64,000 nucleotides of DNA, from the NCBI GenBank assembly GCA_964016885.1, contig OZ024740.1, forward strand, positions 9,176,001-9,240,000, written 5' to 3'. Position numbers and translations under genes: made by a program. Position 1 is the first letter of the stretch. Each line of letters opens with the position of its first letter. Shown in pieces: positions 25,401 through 40,493 of the stretch. Below the pieces are notes generated by a model, which ran no database searches, had not been told where the DNA came from, and was given only the letters and a program-made list of their open reading frames with translations. This DNA comes from Eledone cirrhosa. Taxonomy: Eukaryota.

Positions 25401-28400
25401 TGGTATGTCAGTTTCGATTAGTATACCAGTTTCTTTTAGTATGTCAGTTTCGATTTGTATGTCAGTTTCTATTGGTATATCAATTTCGATTGGTATATCA
25501 GTTTCAATTGGTATGTCAGTTTTGATTGGTATGTCAGTTTCTATTGGTATATCAGTTTCGATTGATATATCAGTTTCGATTAGTATGTCAGTTTCTATTG
25601 GTATGTCAGTTTCGATTAGTATATCAGTTTCTATTGGTATATCAGTTTCGATTGGTATGTCAGTTTCGATTGGTATATCAGTTTCGATTGGTATATATGT
25701 TTTGATTAGTATATAGGTTTCGATTGGTATGTCAGTTTCTATTGGTATGTCAGTTTCTATTGGTATGTCAGTTTCTATTGGTATGTCAGTTTCAATTGGT
25801 ATATCAGTTTCGATTGGTATATCAGTTTCTATTGGTATATCAGATTATATTTGTATGTCAGTTTCGATTGGTATCTCAGTTTCTATTGGTATATTAGTTT
25901 TGATTGGTATGTTAGTTTCGATTGGTATATCAGTTTCGATTGGTATATCAATTTCTACGTGTATATCAGTTCCGATTGGTATATCAGTTTCGATTGGTAT
26001 GTCAGTTTCGATTGGTATGTCAGTTTCTATTGGTATATCAGTTTATATTTGTATGTCAGTTTCGATTGGTATGTCAGTTTCGATTGGTATATCAGTTTCA
26101 ATTTGTATGTCAGTTTCTATTGGTATGTCAGTTTCGATTAGTATATCAGTTTCTATTAGTATATCAGTTTCGATTAGTATGTCAGTTTCTATTGGTATAT
26201 CAGTGTCGATTGGTATGTCAGTTTCGATTAGTATATCAGTTTCTATTGGTATATCAGATTCTATTGGTATATCAGTTTCTATTGGTATGTTAGTTTCTAT
26301 TTGTATATCAGTTTTGATTGGTAGGTTAGTTTCTATTGGTATGTCAGTTTCGATTAGTATACCAGTTTCTATTAGTATGTCAGTTTCGATTTGTATGTCA
26401 GTTTCTATTGGTATATCAATTTCGATTGGTATATCAGTTTCAATTGGTATGTCAGTTTTGATTGGTATGTCAGTTTCTATTGGTATATCAGTTTCGATTG
26501 ATATATCAGTTTCGATTAGTATGTCAGTTTCTATTGGTATGTCAGTTTCGATTAGTATATCAGTTTCTATTGGTATATCAGTTTCGATTGGTATGTCAGT
26601 TTCGATTGGTATATCAGTTTCGATTGGTATATCAGTTTTGAGTAGTATATAGGTTTCGATTGGTATGTCAGTTTCTATTGGTATGTCAGTTTCTATTGGT
26701 ATGTCAGTTTCAATTGGTATATCAGTTTCAATTGTTATGTCAGTTTTATTGGTATGTCAATTTCGATTGGTATATCAGTTTCGATTGGTATATCAGTTTC
26801 TATTGGTATATCAGATTATATTTGTATGTCAGTTTCGATTGGTATCTCAGTTTCTATTGGTATATCAGTTTTGATTAGTATGTTAGTTTCGATTGGTATA
26901 TCAGTTTTGATTGGTATGTGAGGTTTTGATTGGTATGTCAGTTTCTATTGGTATATCAGTTTCTATTGGTATATCAGTTTCTATTGGTATGTTAGTTTCT
27001 ATTGGTATATCAGTTATTATTGGTATGTTAGTTTCTATTGGTATGTCAGTTTCGATTAGTATATCAGTGTCTAATGGTATGTCAGTTTCGATTGGTATGT
27101 TAGTCCTCGATTTGTATATCAATTTCGATTGGTAGGTCAGTTTCTATTAGTATATCAGTTTCTATTGGTATGTCAGTTTCGATTGGTATGTTAGTCCTCG
27201 ATTTGTATATCAGTTTCTATTGGTATATCAATTTCGATTGGTAGGTCAGTTTCTATTGGTATATCAGTTTCTATTGGTATGTCAGTTTTGATTGGTATGT
27301 CAGTTTCTATTGGTATATCAGTTTCGATTGGTATATCAGTTTCTATTGTTATATCAGTTCCAATTGGTATATCAGTTTCGATTAGTATATCAGTTTCTAT
27401 TTGTATATCAGTCCCCATTGGTATATCAGTTTCAATTGGTATGTCAGTTTCGATTGGTATATCAGTTTCGATTGATATATCCGTTTCGACTAGTATATCA
27501 GTTTCTATTGGTATGTCAGTTTCGATTAGTATATCAGTTTCTATTGGTATATCAGTTTCGATTGGTATGTTAGTTTCTTTTGGTATGTCAGTTTTATTGG
27601 TATGTCAATTTCAATTGGTATATCAGTTTATATTTGTATGTCAGTTTCGATTGGTATGTCAGTTTCTATTGGTATATCAGTTTTGATTGGTATGTTAGTT
27701 TCTATTGGTATGTCAGGTCCGATTGGTATGTTAGTCCGCGATTCGTACATAAGTTTCTATTGGTATATCAATTTAGATTGGTATGTCAGTTTCTATTGGT
27801 CTGTTAGTTTCTATTGGTATATCAGTTTCTATTGGTATGACAGTTTTGATTGGTATGTCAGTTTCTATTGGTATATCAGTTTCGATTGGTATATCAGTTT
27901 CTATTGGTATATCAGTTCCGATTGGTATATCAGTTTCGATTGGTATGTCAGTTTCGATTAGTATATCAGTTTCTATTGGTATGTCAGTTATGATTGGTAT
28001 GTCAGTTTCTATTGGTATATCAGTTTCTATTGGTATATCAATTTCGATTGGTATGTCAGTTTCTATTGGTATGTCAGTTTCTATTGGTATATCAATTTCG
28101 ATTGATATGCCAGTTTCGATTGGTATGTCAGTTTCGATTTGTATGTCAGTTTCGATTGGTATATCAGTTTCGATTAGTATGTCAGTTTCTATTGGTATAT
28201 CGGTTTCCATTGGTATATCAGTTTCGATTAGTATATAAGTTTCGATTGGTATGTCAGTTTCTATTGGTATGTCAGTTTCTATTGGTATGTCAGTTTCAAT
28301 TGGTATATCAGTTTCAATTGGTATGTCAGTTTTATTGGTATGTCAATTTCGATTGGTATATCAGTTTTGATTGGTACGTCAGTTTCTATTGGTATATCAG

Positions 28401-31400
28401 TTTATATTTGTATGTCAGTTTCGATTGGTATCTCAGTTTCTATTGGTATATCAGTTTTGATTGCTATGTTAGTTTCGATTGGTATATCAGTTTTGATTGA
28501 TATATCAATTTCTACGTGTATATCAGTTCAGATTGGTATATCAGTTTTGATTGGTATGTCAGTTTTGATTGGTATGTCAGTTTCTATTGGTATATCAGTT
28601 TCTATTGGTATATCAGTTTCTATTGGTATGTTAGTTTCTATTGGTATATCAGTTTTGATTGGTATGTTAGTTTCTATTGGTATGTCAGTTTCGATTAGTA
28701 TATCAGTTTCTATTGGTATGTCAGTTTCGATTGGTATGTTAGTCCTCGATTCGTATGTCAGTTTCTATTGGTATATCAATTTCGATTGGTAGGTCAGTTT
28801 CTATTGGTATATCAGTTTCTATTGGTATGCCAGTTTTGATTAGTATGTCAGTTTCTATTGGTATATCAGTTTCGATTGGTATATCAGTTTCTATTGTTAT
28901 ATCACTCCCGATTGGTATATCAGTTTCTATTGGTATATCAGTTTCGATTGGTATGTTAGATTCTATTGGTATGTGAGTTTATATTTGTATGTCAGTTTCG
29001 ATTGGTATGTCAGTTTCTATTGGTATATCAGTTTTGATTGGTATGTTAGTTTCTATTGGTATGTCAGTTCCGATTGGTATGTTAGTCCTCGATTTGTATG
29101 TCAATTTCTATTGGTATATCAATATAGATTGGTATGTCAGTTTCTATTGGTATGTCAGTTTCTATTCGTATATCAATTTCGATTGGTATATCAGTTTCGA
29201 TTAGTATGTCAGTTTCGATTCATATGTCAGTTTCGATTGGTATGTCAGTTTCGATTGGTTTGTCAGTTTCAATTTGTATGTCAGTTTCTATTGGTATATC
29301 AGTTTCGATTGGTATATCAGTGTCGATTGGTATGTCAGTTTCGATTAGTATATCAGTGTCGATTGGTATGTCAGTTTCGATGAGTATATCAGTTTCTATT
29401 GGTATGTCAGTTTCTATTGGTATATCAGTTTCTATTGGTATATCAGTTTCTATTGGTATGTTAGTTTCTATTTGTATATCAGTTTTGATTGGTATGTTAG
29501 TTTCTATTGGTATATCAGTTTCAATTGGTATGTCAGTTTTATTGGTATGTCAATTTCGATTGGTATATCAGTTTCGATTGGTATGTCAATTTCGATTGGT
29601 ATGTCAGTTTAGATTTGTATATCAGTTTGAATTTGTATGTTAGTTTCGATTGGTATGTCAGTTTCGATTGGTATGTCAGTTTCTATTGGTATATCAATAT
29701 CGATTCATATATCGGTTTCAATTAGTATATCAGTTTCTATTGATGTGTCAGTTTCAAATGGTATATCAGTTTCGATTAGTATGTCAGTTTCTATTATTAT
29801 GTCAGTATGTATTGGTATATCAGTTTCAATTGGTATATCAGTTTCTATTGGTATGTCAGTTTTATTGGTATGTCAGTTTCGATTGGTATATCAGTTTCTG
29901 TTGGTATGTCAATTTCGATTATTATGTCAGTTTATATTGGAATATCAGTTTCTATTGGTATGTCAGTTTTGACTAGTATATCAGTCTCTATTGGTATGTC
30001 AATTTCGATTGGTATGTCTATTTCGATTGGTATATCAGTTTCTACATGTATGTCAGTCTCGATTGGTATATCAGTTTCTATTGGTATATCAGTTCCGATT
30101 GGTATATCAGTTTCGATTGGTATGTCAGTTTATATTGGTATATCAGTTTCGATTGATATATCAGTTTTGATTAGTATGTCAGTTTCTATTGGTATGTCAG
30201 TTTCGATTAGTATATCAGTTTCTATTGGTATGTCAGTTTCGATTGGTATGTCAGTTTCTATTGGTATATCAGTTTAGGTTGGTATATCAGTTTCGATTGG
30301 TATGTCAGTTTCTCTTGGTATGTCAGTTTCTATTGGTATGTCAGTTTCAATTGGTATATCAGTTTCAATTGGTATGTCAGTTTAATTGGTACGTCAATTT
30401 TGATTGGTATATCAGTTTCGATTGGTATGTCAGTTTCTATTGGTATTTCAGTTTATATTTGTATGTCAGTTTCGATTTGTATGTCAGTTTCTATTGTTAT
30501 ATCAGTTTTGATTGGTATGTTAGTTTCTATTGGTATGTCAGTTCCGATTGGTATGTTAGTCCTCGATTTGTATGTCAGTTTCTATTGGTATATCAATTTC
30601 GATTGGTATGTCTGTTTCTATTGGTATGTCAGTTTCTATTGGTATATCAGTTTCGATTGGTATGTCAGTTTCAATTAGTATATCAGTTTCGAATCATATG
30701 TCAGTTTCGATTGGTATGTCAGTTTCGATTGGTATGTCAGTTTCAATTTGTATGTCAGTTTCGATTGGTATATCAGTTTCGATTAGTATGTCAGTTTCTA
30801 TTGGTATATCAGTTTCTATTTGTATGTCAGTTTTGATTGGTATGTCAGTTTCCATTGGTATATCAGTTTCGATTGGTATATCAGTGTCGATTGGTATGTC
30901 AGTTTCGATTAGTATATCAGTGTCGATTGGTATGTCAGTTTCGATTAGTATATCAGTTTCTATTGGTATGTCAGTTTCTATTGTATATCAGTTTCTATTC
31001 GTATGTTAGTTTCTATTTGTATATCAGTTTTGATTGGTATGTTAGTTTCTATTGGTATGTCAGTTTCGATTAGTATATCAGTTTCTATTAGTATGTCAGT
31101 TTCGATTTGTATGTCAGTTTCTATTGGTATGTCAGTTTCGATTGGTATGTCAGTTTCGATTGGTATGTCAGTTTCAATTTGTATGTCAGTTTCTATTGGT
31201 ATGTCAGTTTCGATTAGTATATCAGTTTCTATTAGTATATCAGTTTCGATTAGTATGTCAGTTTCTATTGGTATGTCAGTTTTGATTAGTATATCAGTTT
31301 CTATTGGTATATCAGTTTCGATTGGTATGTCAGTTTCTATTGGTATATCAGTGTCGATTGGTATGTCAGTTTCGATTAGTATATCAGTTTCTATTGGTAT

Positions 31401-33741
31401 GTTAGTTTCTATTTGTATATCAGTTTTGATTGGTATGTTAGTTTCTATTGGTATGTCAGTTTCGATTAGTATACCAGTTTCTTTTAGTATGTCAGTTTCG
31501 ATTTGTATGTCAGTTTCTATTGGTATATCAATTTCGATTGGTATATCAGTTTCAATTGGTATGTCAGTTTTGATTGGTATGTCAGTTTCTATTGGTATAT
31601 CAGTTTCGATTGATATATCAGTTTCGATTAGTATGTCAGTTTCTATTGGTATGTAAGTTTCGATTAGTATATCAGTTTCTATTGGTATATCAGTTTCGAT
31701 TGGTATGTCAGTTTCGATTGGTATATCAGTTTCGATTGGTATATATGTTTTGATTAGTATATAGGTTTCGATTGGTATGTCAGTTTCTATTGGTATGTCA
31801 GTTTCTATTGGTATGTCAGTTTCTATTGGTATGTCAGTTTCAATTGGTATATCAGTTTCAATTGTTATGTCAGTTTTATTGGTATGTCAATTTCGATTGG
31901 TATATCAGTTTCGATTGGTATATCAGTTTCTATTGGTATATCAGATTATATTTGTATGTCAGTTTCGATTGGTATCTCAGTTTCTATTGGTATATTAGTT
32001 TTGATTGGTATGTTAGTTTCGATTGGTATATCAGTTTCGATTGGTATATCAATTTCTACGTGTATATCAGTTCCGATTGGTATATCAGTTTCGATTGGTA
32101 TGTCAGTTTCGATTGGTATGTCAGTTTCTATTGGTATATCAGTTTATATTTGTATGTCAGTTTCGATTGGTATGTCAGTTTCGATTGGTATATCAGTTTC
32201 TATTGGTATATCAGTTTCTATTGATATGTTAGTTTCTATTGGTATATCAGTTATTATTGGTATGTTAGTTTCTATTGGTATGTCAGTTTCGATTAGTATA
32301 TCAGTGTCTAATGGTATGTCAGTTTCGATTGGTATGTTAGTCCTCGATTTGTATATCAATTTCGATTGGTAGGTCAGTTTCTATTAGTATATCAGTTTCT
32401 ATTGGTATGTCAGTTTCGATTGGTATGTTAGTCCTCGATTTGTATATCAGTTTCTATTGGTATATCAATTTCGATTGGTAGGTCAGTTTCTATTGGTATA
32501 TCAGTTTCTATTGGTATGTCAGTTTTGATTGGTATGTCAGTTTCTATTAGTATATCAGTTTCGATTGGTATATCAGTTTCTATTGTTATATCAGTTCCAA
32601 TTGGTATATCAGTTTCGATTAGTATATCAGTTTCTATTGGTATATCAGTCCCCATTGGTATATCAGTTTCAATTGGTATGTCAGTTTCGATTGGTATATC
32701 AGTTTCGATTGATATATCCGTTTCGATTAGTATATCAGTTTCTATTGGTATGTCAGTTTCGATTAGTATATCAGTTTCTATTGGTATATCAGTTTCGATT
32801 GGTATGTTAGTTTCTTTTGGTATGTCAGTTTTATTGGTATGTCAATTTCAATTGGTATATCAGTTTATATTTGTATGTCAGTTTCGATTGGTATGTCAGT
32901 TTCTATTGGTATATCAGTTTTGATTGGTATGTTAGTTTCTATTGGTATGTCAGGTCCGATTGGTATGTTAGTCCGCGATTCGTACATCAGTTTCTATTGG
33001 TATATCAATTTAGATTGGTATGTCAGTTTCTATTGGTCTGTTAGTTTCTATTGGTATATCAGTTTCTATTGGTATGACAGTTTTGATTGGTATGTCAGTT
33101 TCTATTGGTATATCAGTTTCGATTGGTATATCAGTTTCTATTGGTATATCAGTTCCGATTGGTATATCAGTTTCGATTGGTATGTCAGTTTCGATTAGTA
33201 TATCAGTTTCTATTGGTATGTCAGTTATGATTGGTATGTCAGTTTCTATTGGTATATCAGTTTCTATTGGTATATCAATTTCGATTGGTATGTCAGTTTC
33301 TATTGGTATGTCAGTTTCTATTGGTATATCAATTTCGATTGGTATGCCAGTTTCGATTGGTATGTCAGTTTCGATTTGTATGTCAGTTTCGATTGGTATA
33401 TCAGTTTCGATTAGTATGTCAGTTTCTATTGGTATATCGGTTTCCATTGGTATATCAGTTTCAATTGGTATGTCAGTTTCTATTGGTATATCAGTTTCTA
33501 TTGGTATGTCAGTTTTGATTGGTATGTCAGTTTCTATTGGTATATCAGTTTTGATTGGTATATGAGTTTCTATTGGTATATCAGTTCCGATTGGTATATC
33601 AGTTTCGATTGGTATATCAGTTTCTATTGGTATATCAGTTTCGAGTGATATACCAGTTTCGATTAGTATGTCAGTTTCTATTGGTATGTCAGTTTCGATT
33701 AGTATATCAGTTTCTATTGGTATGTCAGTTTCGATTGGTAT

Positions 33742-34137
33742 CATCATCATCATCATCAGATTTAGCGTCCGTGTTCCACGCTAGCATGGGTTTGGACGGG
33801 GGTTTTCCCACTTGAGGCAAGAGTGGTTGTCTTGCTCGCATAGGACTGTCTGGCGGGTTTTCTACAGTTGGATGCCCTTCCTAACACCAACCACATTTAC
33901 AGTGTGGGGCTGGGAGATTTTTACCGTGTTGCCTACACGGCCACATTACAGCGTGGACTGTCTGGCGGGTTTTCTACAGCTGGATGCCCTTCCTAACACC
34001 AACCACATTTACAGTGTGGGGCTGGGAGGTTTTTACCGTGTTGCCTACACGGCCACATTTACAGCGTGGACTGTGTGTTTTTTGTCGTGACACCTACACG
34101 ATCTCATTTGTTTCGGCCTGGATGTTGTGGGACCAAC
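33742..34137 (-). mobile_element. 396-bp RTE-related fragment, copy 3 (duplicate of copy 1)
   Basis: Offset 26779 from copy 1; carries the copy-1 alleles at all six diagnostic sites. Confidence 0.9.
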
Positions 34138-37100
34138 ATTGGTATGTCAGTTTTTATTGGTATATCAGTTTCGATTGGTATATCAGTTTCGATTGGTATA
34201 TCAGTTTCGATTGGTATGTCAGTTTATATTGGTATGTCAGTTTCTATTGGTATGTCACTTTCAATTGGTATATCAGTTTCGATTGATATGTCAGTGTTAT
34301 TGGTACGTCAATTTCGATTGGTATATCAGTTTCGATTGGTATGTCAGTCTCTATTGGTATATCAGTTTATAATTGTATGTCAGTTTCGATTGGTATGTCA
34401 GTTTCTATTGGTATATCAGTTTTGATTGGATTGGTATGTTAGTTTCTATTGGTATGTCAGTTCCGATTGGTATGTTAGTCCTCGATTCGTATGTCAGTTT
34501 CTATTGGTATATCAATTTCGATTGGTATGTCAGTTTCTATTGGTATGTCAGTTTCTATTGGTATATCAGTTTCGATTGGTACGTCAGTTTTGATTGGTAT
34601 GTCAGTTTCGATTGGTATGTTAGTCCTTGATTCGTATGTCAGTTTCTATTGGTATATCAATTTCGATTGGTATATCAGTTTCTATTGGTATGTCAGTTTT
34701 GATTGGTATGTAAGTTTCTATTGGTATATCAGTTTCGATTGGTATATCTGTGTCTGTTGTTATATCAGTTCCGATTGGTATATCAGTTTCGATTAGTATG
34801 TCAGTTTCTATTGGTATATCAGTTTCGATTAATATATCAGTTTCGATTAGTATGTCAGTTTCTATTGGTATGTCAGTTTCGATTAGTATATCAGTTTCTA
34901 TTGGTATATCAGTTTCGATTGGTATGTCAGTTTCTATTGGTATATCAGTTTCGATTGGTATATCAGTTTCGATTAGTATATAAGTTTCGATTGGTATGTC
35001 AGTTTACATTGGTATGTCAGTTTCTATTGGTATGTCAGTTTCAATTGGTATATCAGTTTCAATTGGTATGTCAGTTTTATTGGTATGTCAATTTCGATTG
35101 GTATATCAGTTTCGATTGGTATGTCAGTTTCTATTGGTATATCAGTTTATATTTGTATGTTAGTTTCGATTGGTATCTCAGTTTCTATTGGTATATCAGT
35201 TTTGATTAGTATGTTAGTTTCGATTGGTATATCAGTTTTGATTGGTATGTCAGTTTTGATTGGTATGTCAGTTTCTATTGGTATATCAGTTTCTATTGGT
35301 ATATCAGTTTCTATTGGTATGTTAGTTTCTATTGGTATATCAGTTATTATTGGTATGTTAGTTTCTATTGGTATGTCAGTTTCGATTAGTATATCAGTGT
35401 CTAATGGTATGTCAGTTTCGATTGGTATGTTAGTCCTCGATTTGTATATCAATTTCGATTGGTAGGTCAGTTTCTATTAGTATATCAGTTTCTATTGGTA
35501 TGTCAGTTTCGATTGGTATGTTAGTCCTCGATTTGTATATCAGTTTCTATTGGTATATCAATTTCGATTGGTAGGTCAGTTTCTATTGGTATATCAGTTT
35601 CTATTGGTACGTCAGTTTTGATTGGTATGTCAGTTTCTATTGGTATATCAGTTTCGATTGGTATATCAGTTTCTATTGTTATATCAGTTCCAATTGGTAT
35701 ATCAGTTTCGATTAGTATATCAGTTTCTATTGGTATATCAGTCCCCATTGGTATATCAGTTTCAATTGGTATGTCAGTTTCGATTGGTATATCAGTTTCG
35801 ATTGATATATCCGTTTCGATTAGTATATCAGTTTCTATTGGTATGTCAGTTTCGATTAGTATATCAGTTTCTATTGGTATATCAGTTTCGATTGGTATGT
35901 TAGTTTCTTTTGGTATGTCAGTTTTATTGGTATGTCAATTTCAATTGGTATATCAGTTTATATTTGTATGTCAGTTTCGATTGGTATGTCAGTTTCTATT
36001 GGCATATCAGTTTTAATTGGTATGTTAGTTTCTATTGGTATGTCAGGTCCGATTGGTATGTTAGTCCGCGATTCGTACATCAGTTTCTATTGGTATATCA
36101 ATTTAGATTGGTATGTCAGTTTCTATTGGTCTGTTAGTTTCTATTGGTATATCAGTTTCTATTGGTATGACAGTTTTGATTGGTATGTCAGTTTCTATTG
36201 GTATATCAGTTTCGATTGGTATATCAGTTTCTATTGGTATATCAGTTCCGATTGGTATATCAGTTTCGATTGGTATGTCAGTTTCGATTAGTATATCAGT
36301 TTCTATTGGTATGTCAGTTATGATTGGTATGTCAGTTTCTATTGGTATATCAGTTTCTATTGGTATATCAATTTCGATTGGTATGTCAGTTTCTATTGGT
36401 ATGTCAGTTTCTATTGGTATATCAATTTCGATTGGTATGTCAGTTTCGATTGGTATGTCAGTTTCGATTTGTATGTCAGTTTCGATTGGTATATCAGTTT
36501 CGATTAGTATGTCAGTTTCTATTGGTATATCGGTTTCCATTGGTATATCAGTTTCAATTGGTATGTCAGTTTCTATTGGTATATCAGTTTCTATTGGTAT
36601 GTCAGTTTTGATTGGTATGTCAGTTTCTATTGGTATATCAGTTTTGATTGGTATATGAGTTTCTATTGGTATATCAGTTCCGATTGGTATATCAGTTTCG
36701 ATTGGTATATCAGTTTCTATTGGTATATCAGTTTCGAGTGATATACCAGTTTCGATTAGTATGTCAGTTTCTATTGGTATGTCAGTTTCGATTAGTATAT
36801 CAGTTTCTATTGGTATATCAGTTCCGATTGGTATATCAGTTTCGATTGGTATGTCAGTTTCGATTAGTATATCAGTTTCTATTGGTATGTCAGTTATGAT
36901 TGGTATGTCAGTTTCTATTGGTATATCAGTTTCTATTGGTATATCAATTTCGATTGGTATGTCAGTTTCTATTGGTATGTCAGTTTCTATTGGTATATCA
37001 ATTTCGATTGGTATGTCAGTTTCGATTGGTATGTCAGTTTCGATTTGTATGTCAGTTTCGATTGGTATATCAGTTTCGATTAGTATGTCAGTTTCTATTG

Positions 37101-37410
37101 GTATATCGGTTTCCATTGGTATATCAGTTTCAATTGGTATGTCAGTTTCTATTGGTATATCAGTTTCTATTGGTATGTCAGTTTTGATTGGTATGTCAGT
37201 TTCTATTGGTATATCAGTTTTGATTGGTATATGAGTTTCTATTGGTATATCAGTTCCGATTGGTATATCAGTTTCGATTGGTATATCAGTTTCTATTGGT
37301 ATATCAGTTTCGAGTGATATACCAGTTTCGATTAGTATGTCAGTTTCTATTGGTATGTCAGTTTCGATTAGTATATCAGTTTCTATTGGTATGTCAGTTT
37401 CGATTGGTAT

Positions 37411-37806
37411 CATCATCATCATCATCAGGTTTAGCGTCCGTGTTCCACGCTAGCATGGGTTTGGATGGGGGTTTTCCCACTTGAGGCAAGAGTGGTTGTC
37501 TTGCTCGCATAGGACTGTCTGGCGGGATTTCTACAGTTGGATGCCCTTCCTAACACCAACCACATTCACAGTGTGGGGCTGGGAGATTTTTACTGTGTTG
37601 CCTACACGGCCACATTACAGCGTGGACTGTCTGGCGGGTTTTCTACAGCTGGATGCCCTTCCTAACACCAACCACATTTACAGTGTGGGGCTGGGAGGTT
37701 TTTACCGTGTTGCCTACACGGCCACATTTACAGCGTGGACTGTGTGTTTTTTGTCGTTACACCTACACGATCTCATTTGTTTCGGCCTGGATGTTGTGGG
37801 ACCAAC
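37411..37806 (-). mobile_element. 396-bp RTE-related fragment, copy 4 (duplicate of copy 2)
   Basis: Offset 26779 from copy 2; carries the copy-2 alleles. Confidence 0.9.
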
Positions 37807-38809
37807 ATTGGTATGTCAGTTTCTATTGGTATATCAGTTTCTATTGGTATATCAGTTTCGATTGGTATATCAGTTTCGATTGGTATGTCAGTTTAAATTG
37901 GTATGTCAGTTTCTATTGGTATGTCACTTTCAATTGGTATATCAGTTTCGATTGATATGTCAGTGTTATTGGTACGTCAATTTCGATTGGTATATCAGTT
38001 TCGATTGGTATGTCAGTCTCTATTGGTATATCAATTTATAATTGTATGTCAGTTTCGATTGGTATGTCAGTTTCTATTGGTATATCAGTTTTGATTGGAT
38101 TGGTATGTTAGTTTCTATTGGTATGTCAGTTCCGATTGGTATGTTAGTCCTCGATTCGTATGTCAGTTTCTATTGGTATATCAATTTCGATTGGTATGTC
38201 AGTTTCTATTGGTATGTCAGTTTCTATTGGTATATCAGTTTCGATTGGTACGTCAGTTTGATTGGTATGTCAGTTTCGATTGGTATGTTAGTCCTTGATT
38301 TGTATGTCAGTTTCTATTGGTATATCAATTTCGATTGGTAGGTCAGTTTCTATTGGTATGTCAGTTTCAATTTGTATGTCAGTTTAGATTGGTATGTCAG
38401 TTCCTATTGGTATATCAGTTTCTATTTGTATGTCAGTTTCGATTGGTATGTCAGTTTCTATTGGTATATCAGTTTCGATTGGTATGTTAGTTTCTATTGT
38501 CATGTCAGTTTCGATTAGTATATCACTTTCTATTGGTATGTCAGTTTCGATTGGTATGACAGTTTCGATTGGTATGTCAGTTTCTATTGGTATATCAGTT
38601 TCGATTGGTATGTCAGTTTTGATTGGTATATCAGTTTCTATTATTATAGCAGTTTCTATTGGTATGTGAGTTTCAATTGGTATATCAGTATCTATTGGTA
38701 CATCAGTTCCGATTGGTATATCAGTTTCGATTGTTATGTCAGTTTCTATTGGTTTATCAGTTCCGATTGGTATATCAGTTTCGATTGGTATGTCAGTTTC
38801 TATTGGTAT

Positions 38810-40189
38810 ATAGCACAGCTGATTAGGTACCGGGTGAATATAGACGAGATGCAATTTGGGTTTGTACCAGGAAGAAGCACCACTGATGCCCTCTTCCTTG
38901 TGAGGCAATTACAGGAAAAGTACCTAGCTAAAAGTAAGCCACTCTACTTGGCATTTGTCGACCTTGAGAAAGCCTTTGACAGAGTTCCACGTGCAGTAAT
39001 CTGGTGGGCTCTTGGAAAACTAGGAATAGATGAATGGCTTGTGAAAGCGGTACAAGCCATGTATAGGGGAGCAGTCAGCAAAGTTAGGATTAGCAATGAG
39101 TATAGCGAGGAATTTAGCGTACAGGTTGGGGTCCACCAGGGCTCTGTTCTTAGCCCTCTCCTGTTCATCATAGTCCTGCAGGCAATAACGGAGGAATTTA
39201 AGACCTGATGCCCATGGGAACTCCTGTATGCTGATGACCTCGCACTCATAGCTGAATCTATGATAGAACTAGAGAATAAATTCCAAACCTGGAAGCAGGG
39301 ACTAGAGAGAAAGGGCCTCAAAGTCAACATGACAAAGACTAAGGTCCTTATAAGTAGACGAGAAAACAGAACCCAGATCCCCTCAGGGAAATGGCCTTGC
39401 TCAGTATGTAGGAAAGGTGTAGGTAGGAACTCCATTCTCTGCCCCAAATGCAAACAATGGGTACACAAGAGATGTAGCGGGATCTCAGGAAGCTTAATTA
39501 AGAATGTAGGATTCACATGCAGCAGCTGTGCTGAAACAGCAAGCAAACAGCCACAGGAAACAAGTACCACCAATCTCTGGGAGGGCCCTGTAGAAACAGT
39601 AGACAGCTTCTGCTACCTAGGTGACCGAATTAGCAGCGGAGGTGGGTGTTCAGAAAGTACAATAACTAGGGTAAGAACGGGATGGAAGAAGTTTAGGGAA
39701 CTACTACCACTGCTAGCTGCAAAAGACTTCTCCCTCAGAATGAAAGGCAGACTGTATGATGCGTGTATCCGAACAGCGATGGTGCATGGTAGTGAGACCT
39801 GGGCGCTGAAGGTGGAAGACTTACGTAGATTAGAGAGAAACGAAGCCTGCATGCTCCGATGGATGTGTAACAGTAATATACGTGAACGACAAAGCATAAA
39901 TGAATTGAGAGGGAGACTGAGCATAAGAGGAATCAAATGCTGTGTGCAGGAGAGGTGGATGCGCTGGTATGGACATGTGATGCGTATGAAGGATGACAGC
40001 TGCATAAAAAGGTGCAGAGCACTAGAAGTTGATGGAAACCGCGGAGTGGGGAGACCCAAGATGACCTGGGATGAGGTGATAAAAGCCGACCTTACCCAAT
40101 TACACCTCTCAAAGACAATGACACACGACCGTGACTTCTGGCGTCACGCAGTAATACAGAGTACCCGACCTCCCATGGGTACATGCTGA
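38810..40189 (+). pseudogene. Reverse transcriptase ORF remnant with nonsense codon at 39206-39208
   Basis: Translations are identical to those of the 12031-13410 copy in the ORF track. Confidence 0.93.
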
Positions 40190-40493
40190 AGCATATAAAC
40201 AATATGACCCCACAGCCCCCACCGCCAGGTGGTCGTGGAGGTGCCACGGAAAAAAAGCACCCAGCCCACACTGTAAAGTGGACGTGTAGGCGCCACGAAA
40301 AAAGTACCCAGCACTCACTGTAAATGAGGTTGGTGTTAGGAAGGGCATCCAGCTGTAGAAACCAGGCCAAATCAGTTCCTGTATGAGCAAGGCATGGTCA
40401 ACCGACCAGACACAGCCCACAACAGGACAACCCGTCTAACCCATGCTAGCGTGGAAGAACGGATGTAAAACGGTGATGATGATGATGATGATG
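38810..40493 (+). mobile_element. 5'-truncated RTE LINE, segmental duplicate of 12031-13714
   Basis: Same truncation point, flanks, tail length and nonsense codon. One difference seen: G13622 vs A40401. Confidence 0.96.

Noticed and set aside
38810-40493. Counting the second LINE and fragment copies 2-4 as independent insertions
   Set aside because: Identical junctions, truncation points and flanking variant order show they were copied by array duplication.
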